Assembly: GCA_963821375.1 (NCBI GenBank)
Contig: CAWGDN010000001.1
Span: forward strand, 136,580 to 200,579
DNA length: 64,000 bases
Direction of reading: 5' to 3'
Origin: Vicinamibacterales bacterium
GTDB lineage: Bacteria; Acidobacteriota; Vicinamibacteria; Vicinamibacterales; JAMQPK01
The translations under genes and the position numbers were made by a program. The notes beneath the pieces were generated by a model that was not told where the DNA came from, did not search any database, and saw nothing but the letters and a program-made list of their open reading frames with translations. This document shows positions 29,729-39,308 of this stretch, piece by piece (positions within the stretch are counted from its first letter, which is position 1; the number at the start of each line of letters is the position of its first letter).

Positions 29729-29743
29729 AGGGAACCGAGGATC

Positions 29744-30622
29744 ATGAGATCGTCCATCGCAGCAACGCTTGCCGCAGTCGCGGCTGCGACCTTGACATTG
29801 CACGGAATTGCCGGGCTGTCTGCCCAGGGCCGCGAGGGCGCTGCACCAACCACGCAAAGTGGCCCGGCCGCCCAACCCTCGCCACCGTTCACGCGGACGG
29901 CATGGGATGGCAAACCGAATTTTGCCGGCGTTTGGCACCTGCCGACGCAAATGGATCGCGATCCCGAACGGGGGCAGTTCAATCTGGGAGTGCTCGAACG
30001 GCTATATCGACCAGAGGCGAAGGCCTTGCGGGGGCGCCTTCGAGCGATCGATAGCCCGGACTATCACTGTGCCCCTCAGTCGTATCCAATGGCGATGACC
30101 GTGCCCCACGCGATTCAGCTGGTCCAAGCGCCTGGAGTGTTCCTGGTGCTCACGGAATATATGAACGGCTTCCGCGTTATTCCTACTGACGGCCGGCCGC
30201 ACGATCCCAAGGCCAACCCTTCGCACGTCGGCGAGTCCGTCGGGCATTGGGAGGGCGACACGCTGGTCGTGGATGTCACCCGCTTCAACGGCAAGCAGTG
30301 GCTGGCACTGGCGCAGCAGGGAGCCGCGGGTCGTGGCGGCGGCCCGGCACGGGGAACGGGCTCCGCGAGCGAACTGGCGCCGCCGAGACCTTCGAATAGC
30401 TGGCCTTCGTCGGACGCGTTGCACGTGGTTGAGCGGTGGACGATGATCGACGCAAATGCTTTCGAGTACCAGGCAGTCGTGGAGGATCCCAAGATGCTCA
30501 CGGGGCCGTGGACCTCGCCAAGGATGCGCCGCACGAAGCTGAAGTTTGACGTCATTCAACAAGATGTCTGCGTGGCCGACATTCAGCGCGAGCTGGAACG
30601 TGACCTTGAGAGTGGGAAGTGA
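29744..30622 (+). CDS. Conserved exported protein (GxWEGDTLVV family)
   Basis: DGKPNFAGVW, SPDYHC, IPTDGRPH, SVGHWEGDTLVVD, EDPKMLTGPW, QDVC. Confidence 0.75.
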   Translation: MRSSIAATLAAVAAATLTLHGIAGLSAQGREGAAPTTQSGPAAQPSPPFTRTAWDGKPNFAGVWHLPTQMDRDPERGQFNLGVLERLYRPEAKALRGRLRAIDSPDYHCAPQSYPMAMTVPHAIQLVQAPGVFLVLTEYMNGFRVIPTDGRPHDPKANPSHVGESVGHWEGDTLVVDVTRFNGKQWLALAQQGAAGRGGGPARGTGSASELAPPRPSNSWPSSDALHVVERWTMIDANAFEYQAVVEDPKMLTGPWTSPRMRRTKLKFDVIQQDVCVADIQRELERDLESGK

Positions 30623-31428
30623 TGCGGCCCGCTGAAGGGATCCACCGTGCTGGCGTGGTCGCGTGTGCGCTCATCGCAAGCGTGACTATGGCCAGCCCGC
30701 GCGCTGTTCTTACCCAGGGCAGTGCACAGACCAGAGGCGCTGACGCGTCTGCGCTACGGACGGCGTGGGGAGAACCAAATCTGACGGGCGTCTGGGGGGG
30801 CATCGCACCCGGTGCGACGCCTGGGCGCGACACGTTCAACCTCCTACAGCTCGAGCGGCTCTACAAGCCGGAGGCACGCGCGCAGATCAAGAAGCTCACA
30901 GGCAAAGATGATCCCGGCCTAAAGTGCATCCCTCAAGCCTTCCCGCGCGCAGCACTGCTCGGCGAGCCGATGCAGATCGTGCAAGGTCCCGGGCTTGTGG
31001 TCGTGATGACGGAAGCCTTCCATACGTTCCGGACTATCCCGACAGATAACCGGCGTCGTGATCCAGACCTCTTGTTTCCGATGTATCTGGGAGACTCTAT
31101 CGGCCGGTGGGAAGGCGACACGCTCGTGGTGGATGTCACGTCGTTCAACGGCGAATCGTGGTTGGCCAACGCGACCGACAAACCGACAGCAACGAGCAGC
31201 GGCATCTGGCCGACATCGGACAGCTTGCGTGTAGTCGAACGCTGGCGGCGGGCGGACGCGAACACGCTCGAGTACGAAGCTACGATCGAGGATCCGACGC
31301 TGCTGACAGGACCATGGCGCACGCCGAAGATCCAGTTCAAGCGCCAGACGCGGGACCGTATCGAGGTCAACAAGTGCTTTGTTGACGATGCGACCACGCT
31401 TCCCGCCAAGCTACGCGCGGCGAAGTAG
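30619..31428 (+). CDS. Conserved exported protein (GxWEGDTLVV family)
   Basis: WGEPNLTGVW, DPGLKC, SIGRWEGDTLVVD, EDPTLLTGPW, NKC; tandem paralog of 29744. Confidence 0.75.
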   Translation: MMRPAEGIHRAGVVACALIASVTMASPRAVLTQGSAQTRGADASALRTAWGEPNLTGVWGGIAPGATPGRDTFNLLQLERLYKPEARAQIKKLTGKDDPGLKCIPQAFPRAALLGEPMQIVQGPGLVVVMTEAFHTFRTIPTDNRRRDPDLLFPMYLGDSIGRWEGDTLVVDVTSFNGESWLANATDKPTATSSGIWPTSDSLRVVERWRRADANTLEYEATIEDPTLLTGPWRTPKIQFKRQTRDRIEVNKCFVDDATTLPAKLRAAK

Positions 31429-31442
31429 CGCGTTGCCGCAAG

Positions 31443-32603
31443 TCAGTACGAGACCTGCGTCCAGACACCTCCCTTGCGGGCGCTTTCCAGGATCGAATCG
31501 ACGACGCAATTAGCCCGGTAGCCGTCTTCGAACGTCGCGACGGCAGGCGGCAAAGTACCGTACGGCGGGCCGCCGCGAATGACATCGTAGATGTCCCGCA
31601 TGAGATTGAAAAACGCATCGGGCCAGGCTTCCTGATGGCCCCCAGGCAAGTGCGCGTACGGTCTCACCTCGGTGTCGACGAGCGACGGATCCTTCTGCAG
31701 CGTTTCGTTAGCCCTGTCGCGATGGCCGAACCATAACTCGTTCTGGCGCTCTTGACGCCACGCGATGGACGCCTTGGAACCGCAGACTTCGAGAACGAGA
31801 TCGTTCTTGTGCCCGCTGCACACTTGGGCAACGGAGAAGCTTCCTTTTGCGCCATTGTCAAACCGGACGAGAACGGAGGCAAGGTCTTCCACCTCGATGT
31901 TGACGACCTCACCTTCGTCAGCGGACGCGGCTACCTGAAATGCTTCGCGTGATCGACGCGGCTTCTTGCGCCGGGGGACCACCGTGGTGATGTCGCCCAG
32001 CACCTGCGTGATCCTCAAACCCGTCACGTGCTGTGCCAGATCGAACCAATGAGAACCGATATCCCCGACTGCGGACGACGCGCCACCAACAGCGCGGTCG
32101 AGCCGCCAGGAATAGTCCGTCTCCTTTATCAGATAGTCCTGAAGGTAAGACCCGTGTATGAAGTGCGGAATCCCGATATCACCACGCGAGATGGCCACAC
32201 GAGCCTGCTGAACGAGCGGATTGCCACGGTAGTTGAATGTCACCGCGGCGACCACACCCGCCCGCTTCGCCCGATCCCGGAGTTCTCTTGCCTCAACCGC
32301 CGTCATGGCGAGAGGCTTGTCGGATACGACGTGCTTGCCGCTCGCGAGGATCGCTGCGGTGATCGGGTAGTGGAGATGATTAGGGGTCGCGACGTGTACG
32401 ACCTGGACTTCGGGGTCGTCAATCAGAGCTTGATAGGAGCCGTAACCTTTGCGAACACCAAGAGTCGTCGCCTTCTGTCGACCCGACTCCTCAGAGCTGC
32501 CAGCGACGGCAACGACGTCCACATATCCGAGCCGTCTCACCGCGTCGATGTGATGAGGGCCCACGAAGCCGGCGCCGACAAGCCCCATTCCGATGCGTGT
32601 CAC
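31443..32603 (-). CDS. Gfo/Idh/MocA family oxidoreductase (cytoplasmic)
   Basis: GAGFVG Rossmann, ATPNHLH, SDKPL, DIGSHW, PGGHQEAW. Confidence 0.9.
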   Translation of the reverse strand: MTRIGMGLVGAGFVGPHHIDAVRRLGYVDVVAVAGSSEESGRQKATTLGVRKGYGSYQALIDDPEVQVVHVATPNHLHYPITAAILASGKHVVSDKPLAMTAVEARELRDRAKRAGVVAAVTFNYRGNPLVQQARVAISRGDIGIPHFIHGSYLQDYLIKETDYSWRLDRAVGGASSAVGDIGSHWFDLAQHVTGLRITQVLGDITTVVPRRKKPRRSREAFQVAASADEGEVVNIEVEDLASVLVRFDNGAKGSFSVAQVCSGHKNDLVLEVCGSKASIAWRQERQNELWFGHRDRANETLQKDPSLVDTEVRPYAHLPGGHQEAWPDAFFNLMRDIYDVIRGGPPYGTLPPAVATFEDGYRANCVVDSILESARKGGVWTQVSY

Positions 32604-33763
32604 TACCGCGCCCCCAAGATCACTTCGGTTGTCAGCTGATCCAACCGTTCATAGGCGAGGCCGGTCGACGTCAATGCCGCGCGATCGAACGGCAAAGCCA
32701 ACAAGCTGTCTCGACTCTGGACTGAGTAACCGGACAGATCTGGCAGACCTTTGCTTTCTTTCCTTCGAACCAGCGCCTGGATTTCCGGATCCGCATTCCA
32801 TCGTGCAGCTCGTTCTTTCAAGATCAGGTAGGTGCGCATGCAGCCACGCGCGAACTCGCGCACGCCGTCGTAGTCTTCGGTTCGGTAGGCATGGGCGTCG
32901 AAGTGCCGCGAACCGTCGTAGCCGACGTCCTCGAGAAACTTCACCAGCCAGAACGCGGCTTTCGGATTGGCGGAACCGAATCGGTAGTCCTGATCGTAAC
33001 GTCCGGACATTTGATCATTGAGATCGATGTGGAACAGCTTGCCCGCCTCCCATGCCTGCGCCACCGCATGCGTGAAATTCAGGCCGGCCATGTGCTCGTG
33101 CGCCATTTCTGGGTTGACGCCCACCATGTCCGGATGATCGAGCGTCGCGATGAAACCGAGGTAGGCCCCCGTCGTCGCCATGTAGATGTCGCCGCGCGGC
33201 TCGTTCGGCTTCGCCTCGAGCGCAAACCGATAGGCATATCGGCGATCGATCGAGTACTCGCACAGGTAGTTGACCGCTTCGCGCAAGCGCTTCACCGCTT
33301 CGTCCGGGCGGCGGCAGGCATCGGTCTCGGTGCCCTCGCGTCCGCCCCACAGCACGAAAATTTTCGCGCCGAGTTCGGCTCCCAGGTCCATGGCCTTCAT
33401 GGTCTTCTGAATCGCGAAGGCGCGAACGGCGGGATCGTTGGACGTGAACCCGCCGTCACGGAACACCGCGTCCGTGAACAGGTTGACGGTCGCCATCGGG
33501 ACGACGATGCCATGGCGTTCGCATGCTGCTCGAAAGTCCCGGACAATCCGATCCCGCTCTGACCCAGACGCGTCGATGGGGACTAGATCGTTGTCGTGCA
33601 GATTCACACCCCAGGCACCCACCTCGGCCAACAGCGCGACGGCGTCGACAGGCGGCAGCGGATCACGCACGACATCGCCGAAGGGATCGCGCCCTCGGTT
33701 GCCGACAGTCCAAAGACCGAACGAAAATTTGTGCTCGGGGCGGGGCGTGTATTGGTCGGTCAT
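32603..33763 (-). CDS. xylA: Xylose isomerase (short, class I type)
   Basis: [59 protein letters not shown]. Confidence 0.93.
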   Translation of the reverse strand: MTDQYTPRPEHKFSFGLWTVGNRGRDPFGDVVRDPLPPVDAVALLAEVGAWGVNLHDNDLVPIDASGSERDRIVRDFRAACERHGIVVPMATVNLFTDAVFRDGGFTSNDPAVRAFAIQKTMKAMDLGAELGAKIFVLWGGREGTETDACRRPDEAVKRLREAVNYLCEYSIDRRYAYRFALEAKPNEPRGDIYMATTGAYLGFIATLDHPDMVGVNPEMAHEHMAGLNFTHAVAQAWEAGKLFHIDLNDQMSGRYDQDYRFGSANPKAAFWLVKFLEDVGYDGSRHFDAHAYRTEDYDGVREFARGCMRTYLILKERAARWNADPEIQALVRRKESKGLPDLSGYSVQSRDSLLALPFDRAALTSTGLAYERLDQLTTEVILGAR

Positions 33764-33769
33764 GAATTC

Positions 33770-35281
33770 TCAGACTCCTACCGGACTCGGCATCGTTTGA
33801 AAGATTGTCTTCAGGGCGGAGTACACGCGACGATACTCGTCATACCTCTGATTCAATACAGCCGCGTCTTCCGGTCGAGGAGTCGTGACGCCGGCGGCTC
33901 GTACTACTTCGTCGCAGGCAGCGTCCACTGTGGACCACAGCCCGGCGCCGACACCTGCCAGAAGCGCAGCACCAAACGCGGCGCCCTCGGATGTGGCAGG
34001 GGTTTCCACCGAGTGTCCGTACACATCCGCTTGAATCTGGCGCCAGAGTGCGGAGCGGGATCCCCCACCTCCAAGACGTAGCTGTCGAATCGGAACTCCC
34101 AGGGCCGCAAAAATCGACAGCGAGTCTCGCAGGCTGAACGCAACCCCTTCGAGCACGGCGCGAGCGACATGCGCCCGCGTGTGATTCGCGGAAAGCCCGA
34201 GGAGAGCGGCCCGTACATTGGGATCGAGATGGGGTGTGCGTTCGCCCATTAAATACGGCACCCACAGCACGCCATCCGATCCTGATGGAACCGTCGACGC
34301 GTCGGCCGCGAGGGTTTCGTAACCTCGATCGTCGGCCATCTCGCGCAGCAAATCTCGCCACCAGCGGAGGGAAAGCCCGGCGGCCTGCGTGACGCCCATC
34401 AGATGCCACCGTGCCGGGACGGCGTGACAGAACGTGTGAAGACGCCCCTTGGGGTCGAGCGAGGGTTGATCGGTGGCCGCGAACACCACACCCGACGTTC
34501 CAATGGTGACGCTGACGGAACCGGGGCGCGTGATGCCCATCCCAATCGCTCCCGCGGCCTGGTCGCCCGCCCCTGCCACAATGGGCGTGCCCTTCCGGAG
34601 ACCCGTTGCGACTGCCGCCTCGGCCGAGACGGTCGCACAAATTTCCGGCGACTCGAAAACCAGCGGCAAGAGCGCCGGATCAATGTCTGTCGCGTGAACC
34701 ATCTCCATCGACCACTCTCGGCGGGCGACATCGAACATCAGCGTGCCCGAGGCGTCAGCCACGTCGGTTGCCCGCTCGCCGCTCAACCGGAAGCGCACGT
34801 AGTCTTTGGGAAGGAGAACATGCCGCACCCGTTGCCATGTGGCAGGCTCGTGCTGACGAACCCAAAGGAGTTTGGTCAGCGTGAAGTTCGTCAGAGGGGG
34901 ATTTGATGTCAACTGCAGGACGCGATCCAGTCCCATGGTGTTGCGGAGCCAGTCGCACTGAGCTTCCGTGCGTTGATCGCACCAAATGATGGCCGGCCGC
35001 ACCGGGTCCCCCGCCGCATCGAGAAGGACGGCTCCGTGCATCTGGCCGGAAAGACCTATCGCCGCGATCGCATCGGCCGGAACCCCACTGACCAGCAGCA
35101 CTTCGTGGATGGCTTGCCGCGTCGCTCGCCACCAGTCCTCCGGTTGCTGCTCCGCCCATCCGGTCTGAGGCGACGCAAATTGCGCATGCTCAGCGGTTGC
35201 GGCAGCCAGCATGCGCCCGTCGTCTGCGACAACGATCGCACGCGATCCCGTAGTGCCGACGTCTATGCCAAGAAGAGGAAT
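33770..35281 (-). CDS. xylB: Xylulokinase (FGGY family); apparent ATT start
   Basis: In-frame LLGIDVGTTGSRA upstream of the ORF-track start; LSGQMHG, WCDQR, LLPKDY, GDQAA, PYLMGERTPH, GGGSRS; adjacent to xylA. Confidence 0.9.
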   Translation of the reverse strand: MPLLGIDVGTTGSRAIVVADDGRMLAAATAEHAQFASPQTGWAEQQPEDWWRATRQAIHEVLLVSGVPADAIAAIGLSGQMHGAVLLDAAGDPVRPAIIWCDQRTEAQCDWLRNTMGLDRVLQLTSNPPLTNFTLTKLLWVRQHEPATWQRVRHVLLPKDYVRFRLSGERATDVADASGTLMFDVARREWSMEMVHATDIDPALLPLVFESPEICATVSAEAAVATGLRKGTPIVAGAGDQAAGAIGMGITRPGSVSVTIGTSGVVFAATDQPSLDPKGRLHTFCHAVPARWHLMGVTQAAGLSLRWWRDLLREMADDRGYETLAADASTVPSGSDGVLWVPYLMGERTPHLDPNVRAALLGLSANHTRAHVARAVLEGVAFSLRDSLSIFAALGVPIRQLRLGGGGSRSALWRQIQADVYGHSVETPATSEGAAFGAALLAGVGAGLWSTVDAACDEVVRAAGVTTPRPEDAAVLNQRYDEYRRVYSALKTIFQTMPSPVGV

Positions 35282-35350
35282 AGTCCCTCCAGAGGTGAGC
35301 TTCCCGACAAGAGTTCAGAAGACTGGTTGGTAACTCAGACCGTAACCATA

Positions 35351-35364
35351 TGGAACCGGTCCCA
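35351..35364. promoter_or_regulatory. LacI-type operator, site 4 (upstream of xylB-xylA-gfo)
   Basis: TGGAACCGGTCCCA. Confidence 0.8.
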
Positions 35365-35462
35365 GAGGCTAGTGCAAGCAACGGTTGCTGTCAACTTGCG
35401 ACGGCTCAGTGCATCACGCCGATGCGCGCTTGCTCCGACCAGGCGCCGCTCGACCAGAACGT

Positions 35463-36497
35463 TTAGTGGATCTGGAGGCCTCGCACGGGTGCGGGCCCTG
35501 TGCTGTCCCGGATGAGCAGCTTCATCCGAAACTCGATTGTTTGCACCTGACCAGGCGTGTCGACGACTTCAAAAAGTCGGCGGCACGCAGCGCTGCCCAT
35601 CTGACGCATCGGTTGCGCAGCGCTCGTCAGCGCAGGCCACAGCCTCTCTCCTTCGGGCAAACCGTCGAATCCCACGACAGAGAGCTGCTGCGGCATTCGG
35701 ATACCCATCTCGTGCGCGACACGCATGAAGCCAGACGCCAGAGCGTCGTTGGCAAATACGATCGCAGTGATATTGCGCGGCTTTTCCAAGAACGTGCGCC
35801 CAAACTTCAAGCCGGCATCCGCTTCGTAGCTGCCGCACGAGAAGATGTGCGAAAGACTGAGGCTCAGGCCATGCGCCCGCAGGCCGTCACGTAAGCCAAG
35901 CATGCGGTGCTTCGAGTCAATGGAATGTGCAGGCCCTCCAACGAACGCCACATGCTTGTGACCGAGGTCGAAGAGGTGCGTCGCGACGGAAATGCCAGCT
36001 GCGCGATTGTCGCAACGCACGACTTGGACGTGGCTGAACCCTTCATCCGGGGCAATCATCACAGTGGGAAGCTGTGCCTCAACCGCCGCGCGAATGATCG
36101 GACGATCGCGTCGTTGAGACTTCGCGATGACCAGGCCGTCGACGCGGCGCTCGCGGATCCACTCGAGAACGATGTCGGGCTCATACTTTCCCGTTAGCTC
36201 CGTGCTCGCCAGCATCAGGCTCTCGTCGCGCGGAGACAACTCCTCCTCGATGCCGACGAGCAGCTGCGTGAACCAGGGATCCTGTATCGAGTCCACAACC
36301 ACGCCGATGCACCCGCGACGGCCCAAGCTGAGATTGCGGGCTGTGGCCGATGGCTTGTAGTCGAGTTCCTCGATGACGCGCGCAATCCGTGCGCGCGCAC
36401 CCGCGCTCACATAGTGCCCGTTCAGGTAACGGGAAATCGTACTTACCGCGACCCCCGAGCGCCGAGCTACCGCCGCAATGTTTGACCTGCTCTTCAC
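35463..36497 (-). CDS. LacI family transcriptional regulator (candidate xylose-regulon repressor)
   Basis: NIAAVARRSGVAVSTISRYLNG HTH, YKPSATARNL hinge, ANDALA, SVVGFDG. Confidence 0.92.
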   Translation of the reverse strand: MKSRSNIAAVARRSGVAVSTISRYLNGHYVSAGARARIARVIEELDYKPSATARNLSLGRRGCIGVVVDSIQDPWFTQLLVGIEEELSPRDESLMLASTELTGKYEPDIVLEWIRERRVDGLVIAKSQRRDRPIIRAAVEAQLPTVMIAPDEGFSHVQVVRCDNRAAGISVATHLFDLGHKHVAFVGGPAHSIDSKHRMLGLRDGLRAHGLSLSLSHIFSCGSYEADAGLKFGRTFLEKPRNITAIVFANDALASGFMRVAHEMGIRMPQQLSVVGFDGLPEGERLWPALTSAAQPMRQMGSAACRRLFEVVDTPGQVQTIEFRMKLLIRDSTGPAPVRGLQIH

Positions 36498-36548
36498 GTC
36501 CGGGCGAATCTTACCAGCGAAGCAGACGCGCAGGGAACGGCCGTCCGC

Positions 36549-38312
36549 CTAGTCAGGCAACCCGAACGTCAGAAGGGCGTTTCCAGCGGCCACGGTCACG
36601 TATTGCTTGCCATCGACGGCATAGGTGATCGAATTCGTAATCCAACTTCCCACTTGCACCTTAAAGAGGAGTTGACCGCTGCGTGCGTCGAGGGCCAAAA
36701 AGTACCCCTCTCTTCCGCCTCCGAAAACCACGTCACCTCCGGTCGACAGCACGCTCGCATCCGTCCCATCGGTCATTTTGTATTCCCACTCCATCTGACC
36801 CGTCTTCGGATCCAGAGCCCTGATGGTGCCGTAGTTTTCCTCCTCCGGAATTCGAAGATTCGGGCCCTGCGCAGGCCGCATCGTCATGGTTCGCAGATTT
36901 CCGGTCTGGGGGATCGCTGCTCCCTCGCCTCGCCCACCGCCAGCCGCCGGAGCGGGGCCCGCTCCCCGACCACCGCCCGCCGGCGCCGCGCCGCCCGCCG
37001 GTGCCGCGCCCCGGCCTCGTACAGGTCCTCCGCCAAAGTGCGTGATGGTATAGGTCCCAATCTCGGGAACCGGAATCGGTGTCTCCGACATCGTCAGGAC
37101 TCGCGCCGTATTCTCCCAGGCTGGCACGTAGAAAAGGCCGGTCCGCGGGCTGTACGACGGTGAATACCAGTTCGTGGCACCTTGCTGGTTGGGATACACA
37201 ATGGCATTCGGATCGAGGGCTCCGGGCGCAATGATCGGGCGACCCTTCGGATCGAAACCCGCGTTCCAAGTCTGCTTGACGAACGCTTTCGCCAGGAGAA
37301 ACTGGCCTGTGGCTCGATCGAGGACGTAGTAGAACCCGTTCCGGTTGGCCTGCACGACAACCTTCCGAAGACGCCCTTCGATCTGCATGTCGAGGAGTAC
37401 GGGCATCTCATTCGCGTCCCAATCGTTGACATCATGCGGTACGAACTGATAGTGCCACTTCAATTGGCCGGTATCGGCATCTAACGCAATGAGCGAACAC
37501 GTGTAGAGGTTGTCTCCCTTGCGCTGTTCGCTGCCCGACCGCGGCCAGGGATTTCCCGTCCCCCAGAACGTGAGGTTGGTCTCCGGGTCGTAACTGCCCG
37601 TCAACCACATGCCGCCCCCGCCATTCTTCCAGGAATCACCGCTCCACGTCTCGTGACCCGCTTCACCGGGACCCGGAATGGTGTTGAACCGCCAGACTTC
37701 CTTGCCGGTATTGACGTCGAGGGCCACCAGAAAACCGCGAATCGCTCCTTCAGAAGTAGCGGGACCGACCAACACTTTGTCTTTCACGACCAGTGGCGCC
37801 GCGGTAAAGGCGTAGGCGTCCAACGGATTGGCAACCTGAACGTTCCAGAGCCGGCGTCCAGTTCTGGAGTCCAGGGCGATCACGCGGGCGTCCAGGGTCG
37901 CCAGAAAGAGCTTATCGTCGGCGATTGCCAGCCCCCGAGTCGGGCCGCCACAACAGGGCCGTGCATCGGCTGTCGGCGTATAGCGTGAAATCCAGAATAT
38001 CTTGCCGGACATGGCGTCCAGGGCCACGACGTCATTCCCTTGCACCGTGTACATCACGCCGTCCACAACCAGCGGCGTCACTTCATACGGGTTCAGCGAC
38101 CGAGCCTGCCACACCCATTTCAGCTGAAGATTCTTCGCGTTGCTGGCATTGATCTGATTGAGCGTGCTGTAACGCCAGGCCTTGTAACCGCCGCTGTAGT
38201 GAAGCCAATTCTGCGGTTCCTTCTCGGCGTTCACGAGCCGGCTGAAGGGAACCTGCGCCGACACTGAGACGGCCGCAAGGACACCAAATAGCACAGCAAC
38301 GCGCAATTTCAC
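36549..38312 (-). CDS. PQQ-dependent dehydrogenase, methanol/ethanol family
   Basis: GTG start after the cytochrome gene; EVTPLVVDG, vicinal CC (RPCCGG), SEGAIRG, GTGNP, HDVNDWD, ANRNG. Confidence 0.9.
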   Translation of the reverse strand: MKLRVAVLFGVLAAVSVSAQVPFSRLVNAEKEPQNWLHYSGGYKAWRYSTLNQINASNAKNLQLKWVWQARSLNPYEVTPLVVDGVMYTVQGNDVVALDAMSGKIFWISRYTPTADARPCCGGPTRGLAIADDKLFLATLDARVIALDSRTGRRLWNVQVANPLDAYAFTAAPLVVKDKVLVGPATSEGAIRGFLVALDVNTGKEVWRFNTIPGPGEAGHETWSGDSWKNGGGGMWLTGSYDPETNLTFWGTGNPWPRSGSEQRKGDNLYTCSLIALDADTGQLKWHYQFVPHDVNDWDANEMPVLLDMQIEGRLRKVVVQANRNGFYYVLDRATGQFLLAKAFVKQTWNAGFDPKGRPIIAPGALDPNAIVYPNQQGATNWYSPSYSPRTGLFYVPAWENTARVLTMSETPIPVPEIGTYTITHFGGGPVRGRGAAPAGGAAPAGGGRGAGPAPAAGGGRGEGAAIPQTGNLRTMTMRPAQGPNLRIPEEENYGTIRALDPKTGQMEWEYKMTDGTDASVLSTGGDVVFGGGREGYFLALDARSGQLLFKVQVGSWITNSITYAVDGKQYVTVAAGNALLTFGLPD

Positions 38313-38313
38313 G

Positions 38314-39144
38314 CTACTCTCCCTTTCTTGTCGACAGATACGATACGAGATCGGCCAATTCCTCTTCCGATAACTTCGTCTGAAACGACGGCATGCCGGA
38401 TCTTGGGGACGACGCCGGCAGCGCGCAGATTCGCCTTTACGAAGCTCCGAAGCCGATCGTTTGAATCGATCATCTGCACGGTGTAGCTGTCGTGGTTCAG
38501 AAGGCGGCCGACAATCGTCGTCCCGTCCTGTGTCACGACTCGATAGAAGCGGTTGGATGGCAGCACTTCGGCATCCGGCTCGGCAATCGATCTCGCAATC
38601 TGAGCTGCGGAGCGTTGAGCGCCGATCTCTGTCAGGTCGGGCGCGACCCGCGAGCCCTGGTCGCCGATACGGTGACACGTCAGGCATCCAGCTTTCTCAA
38701 ACACCGATCGTCCGCTGATGGCGCGTTCCGACGTGGCCGCGCTATCGGGTGCCGTCAGCGCAGGGGCACCCGCGGTGGTCGCGGACTTCATATCCGTCGC
38801 CGAGGCGCGTGTTCGCATGAACGCGACGACTTGCATGGCCTGGTCTCGACCCACTCCCGTCGGCGGCATCAATTCGCTGGGCGTGCCGTTCGTGATGACA
38901 GCCGCCAAGTCGACATCCGACAAGTTCGGGCGGCTGAACACGCCCTGCAGCACCTTCACGCTCGGGAGCTGATCGCCCGCCGCGCCGTGGCACGACGCGC
39001 AGTGCAGTTGATACAGGCTGGCGCCCGCCTCGACGTCGCTGGCGGCGTAGGTGGCGGCCACGCCGGCCTGGCTCGAAAGGGGGGCCGTGGCCACGGACAG
39101 TAACGCCGGCCCGAAAAGCCCGAACGTGAGGGGGATGAAGACAT
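38314..39144 (-). CDS. Di-heme cytochrome c, apparent frameshifts near 39110 and 38400
   Basis: CASCH and CLTCH; the shifted frame gives SGMPSFQTKLSEEELADLVSYLSTRKGE*, matching the paralog at 53452; GGAGG precedes ATG 39144. Confidence 0.8.
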
Positions 39145-39212
39145 CCGTCCCTCCACGAGATCTTCGCTGCACCCCTTCCTCCCTGGTTGGATCCCGACGC
39201 TGGGTCGCACAC

Positions 39213-39308
39213 TAGCATCTGTGGAACCGGTCCCGCAATCACGTATTTTCCCTATTGTTCGGCGTGTTGTGCTCGGCTAAACTCCGCCGCATGAATCGAC
39301 GACAATTC
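39213..39308 (+). repeat. Promoter cassette, copy 1 (copy 2 at 58563-58655)
   Basis: tagca..tgtggaa.cggt.cc.caatc.cgt...ctattgttcggc.tgttgtgctcggctaa...cgcat.aatcg.cgacaa is shared. Confidence 0.85.
39222..39235. promoter_or_regulatory. LacI-type operator, site 5
   Basis: TGGAACCGGTCCCG between the divergent cytochrome/PQQ and amidohydrolase operons. Confidence 0.7.
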
